Shown: positions 32,835 to 33,170 of the stretch, piece by piece | Position numbering within the stretch: position 1 is the first letter of the stretch | Layout of the letters: the number at the start of each line of letters is the position of its first letter | Assembly: GCA_041497895.1 (NCBI GenBank) | Contig: JBGQHJ010000038.1 | Coordinates: forward strand, 1 to 33,170 | DNA: 33,170 nucleotides | Direction: 5' to 3' | From: Candidatus Methylomirabilia bacterium | Lineage (GTDB): Bacteria > Methylomirabilota > Methylomirabilia > Rokubacteriales > CSP1-6 | The notes under the pieces: generated by a model | Told to the model about the DNA's origin: nothing | Seen by the model: the letters and a program-made list of their open reading frames with translations, nothing else | Databases searched by the model: none | Program-made: the position numbers and the translations under genes

Positions 32835-33170
32835 ATGCCCAATGCGCCCTACCGCATCTACGCCGTGCGCTACGCCCACCGCGCCTGCAACACCTCGGAG
32901 GCGTTCTACGGCGACTACCACAAGGCCCCCATGACCATGGACTACTTCGTGTGGGCGCTCACCAACGGCACCGAGACGGTGGTGGTGGACCTCGGCTTCA
33001 CCGAGGCGGTGGGCACCCGGCGGGGCCGGCAGTTCCTGCGCTGCCCGGGCAAGGGCCTGGCCGAGATCGGCGTGGAGGCGGCCTCGGTCAAGCACGTGAT
33101 CCTGAGCCACTTCCACTACGACCACGTGGGCAACTACGCGCTCTTCCCCAACGCGACCTTCTACGTGCAG
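32835..33170 (+). CDS. Metallo-beta-lactamase-fold hydrolase, N-acyl-homoserine lactonase (AttM/AiiA-like) family; 3'-truncated
   Basis: Absent from the ORF track (no stop in window). Hand translation MPNAPYRIYAVRYA...MDYFVWAL...VVVDLGF...ILSHFHYDHVGN shows HxHxDH; SD AAGGAG. Confidence 0.88.
   Translation, partial: MPNAPYRIYAVRYAHRACNTSEAFYGDYHKAPMTMDYFVWALTNGTETVVVDLGFTEAVGTRRGRQFLRCPGKGLAEIGVEAASVKHVILSHFHYDHVGNYALFPNATFYVQ

Noticed and set aside
1..33170. tRNA, rRNA, riboswitch, IS/transposase, integrase, prophage or defence system
   Set aside because: None recognisable by eye; intergenic gaps are short and mostly explained by promoter-like motifs. A covariance-model (Rfam) search was not possible.

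Overview
Very GC-rich bacterial chromosomal window (roughly 70% GC by eye). The gene style resembles soil lineages such as Candidatus Rokubacteria, but that is only an impression. It holds about 30 densely packed CDSs; I saw no rRNA, tRNA, CRISPR array or mobile element. In order: a partial FadB/FadJ-like enzyme and an SDR; an SLT lytic transglycosylase; an LLM oxidoreductase; a GAF-PAS histidine kinase convergent with a REC-PAS-PAS-GAF-GAF kinase-like protein lacking its phospho-His; CMD, HIT-like and TM2 genes; a cupin/LigA-like/LigB-like dioxygenase operon divergent from MmgE/PrpD plus an Fe3+-family ABC transporter; a coupled sensor kinase/DivK-like/REC-class III cyclase/PanE-like/short MetE-like unit; a PlsA/PlsR (Ger)-like ATP-dependent reductase system split in three genes and co-encoded with a soluble acyl-ACP-desaturase-like diiron protein, with a Prx-like gene upstream; then a Cys-containing hypothetical protein, a palindromic tandem repeat, a beta-hydroxyacid dehydrogenase, a second CMD and a partial MBL-fold hydrolase. 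Best leads: (1) a candidate ether-lipid/plasmalogen locus pairing an O2-sensitive reductase with an O2-dependent diiron enzyme; (2) three sigma54-type promoters, two sharing a 14-bp IHF-like box exactly 24 nt upstream; (3) a sigma54-driven pseudo-histidine kinase.
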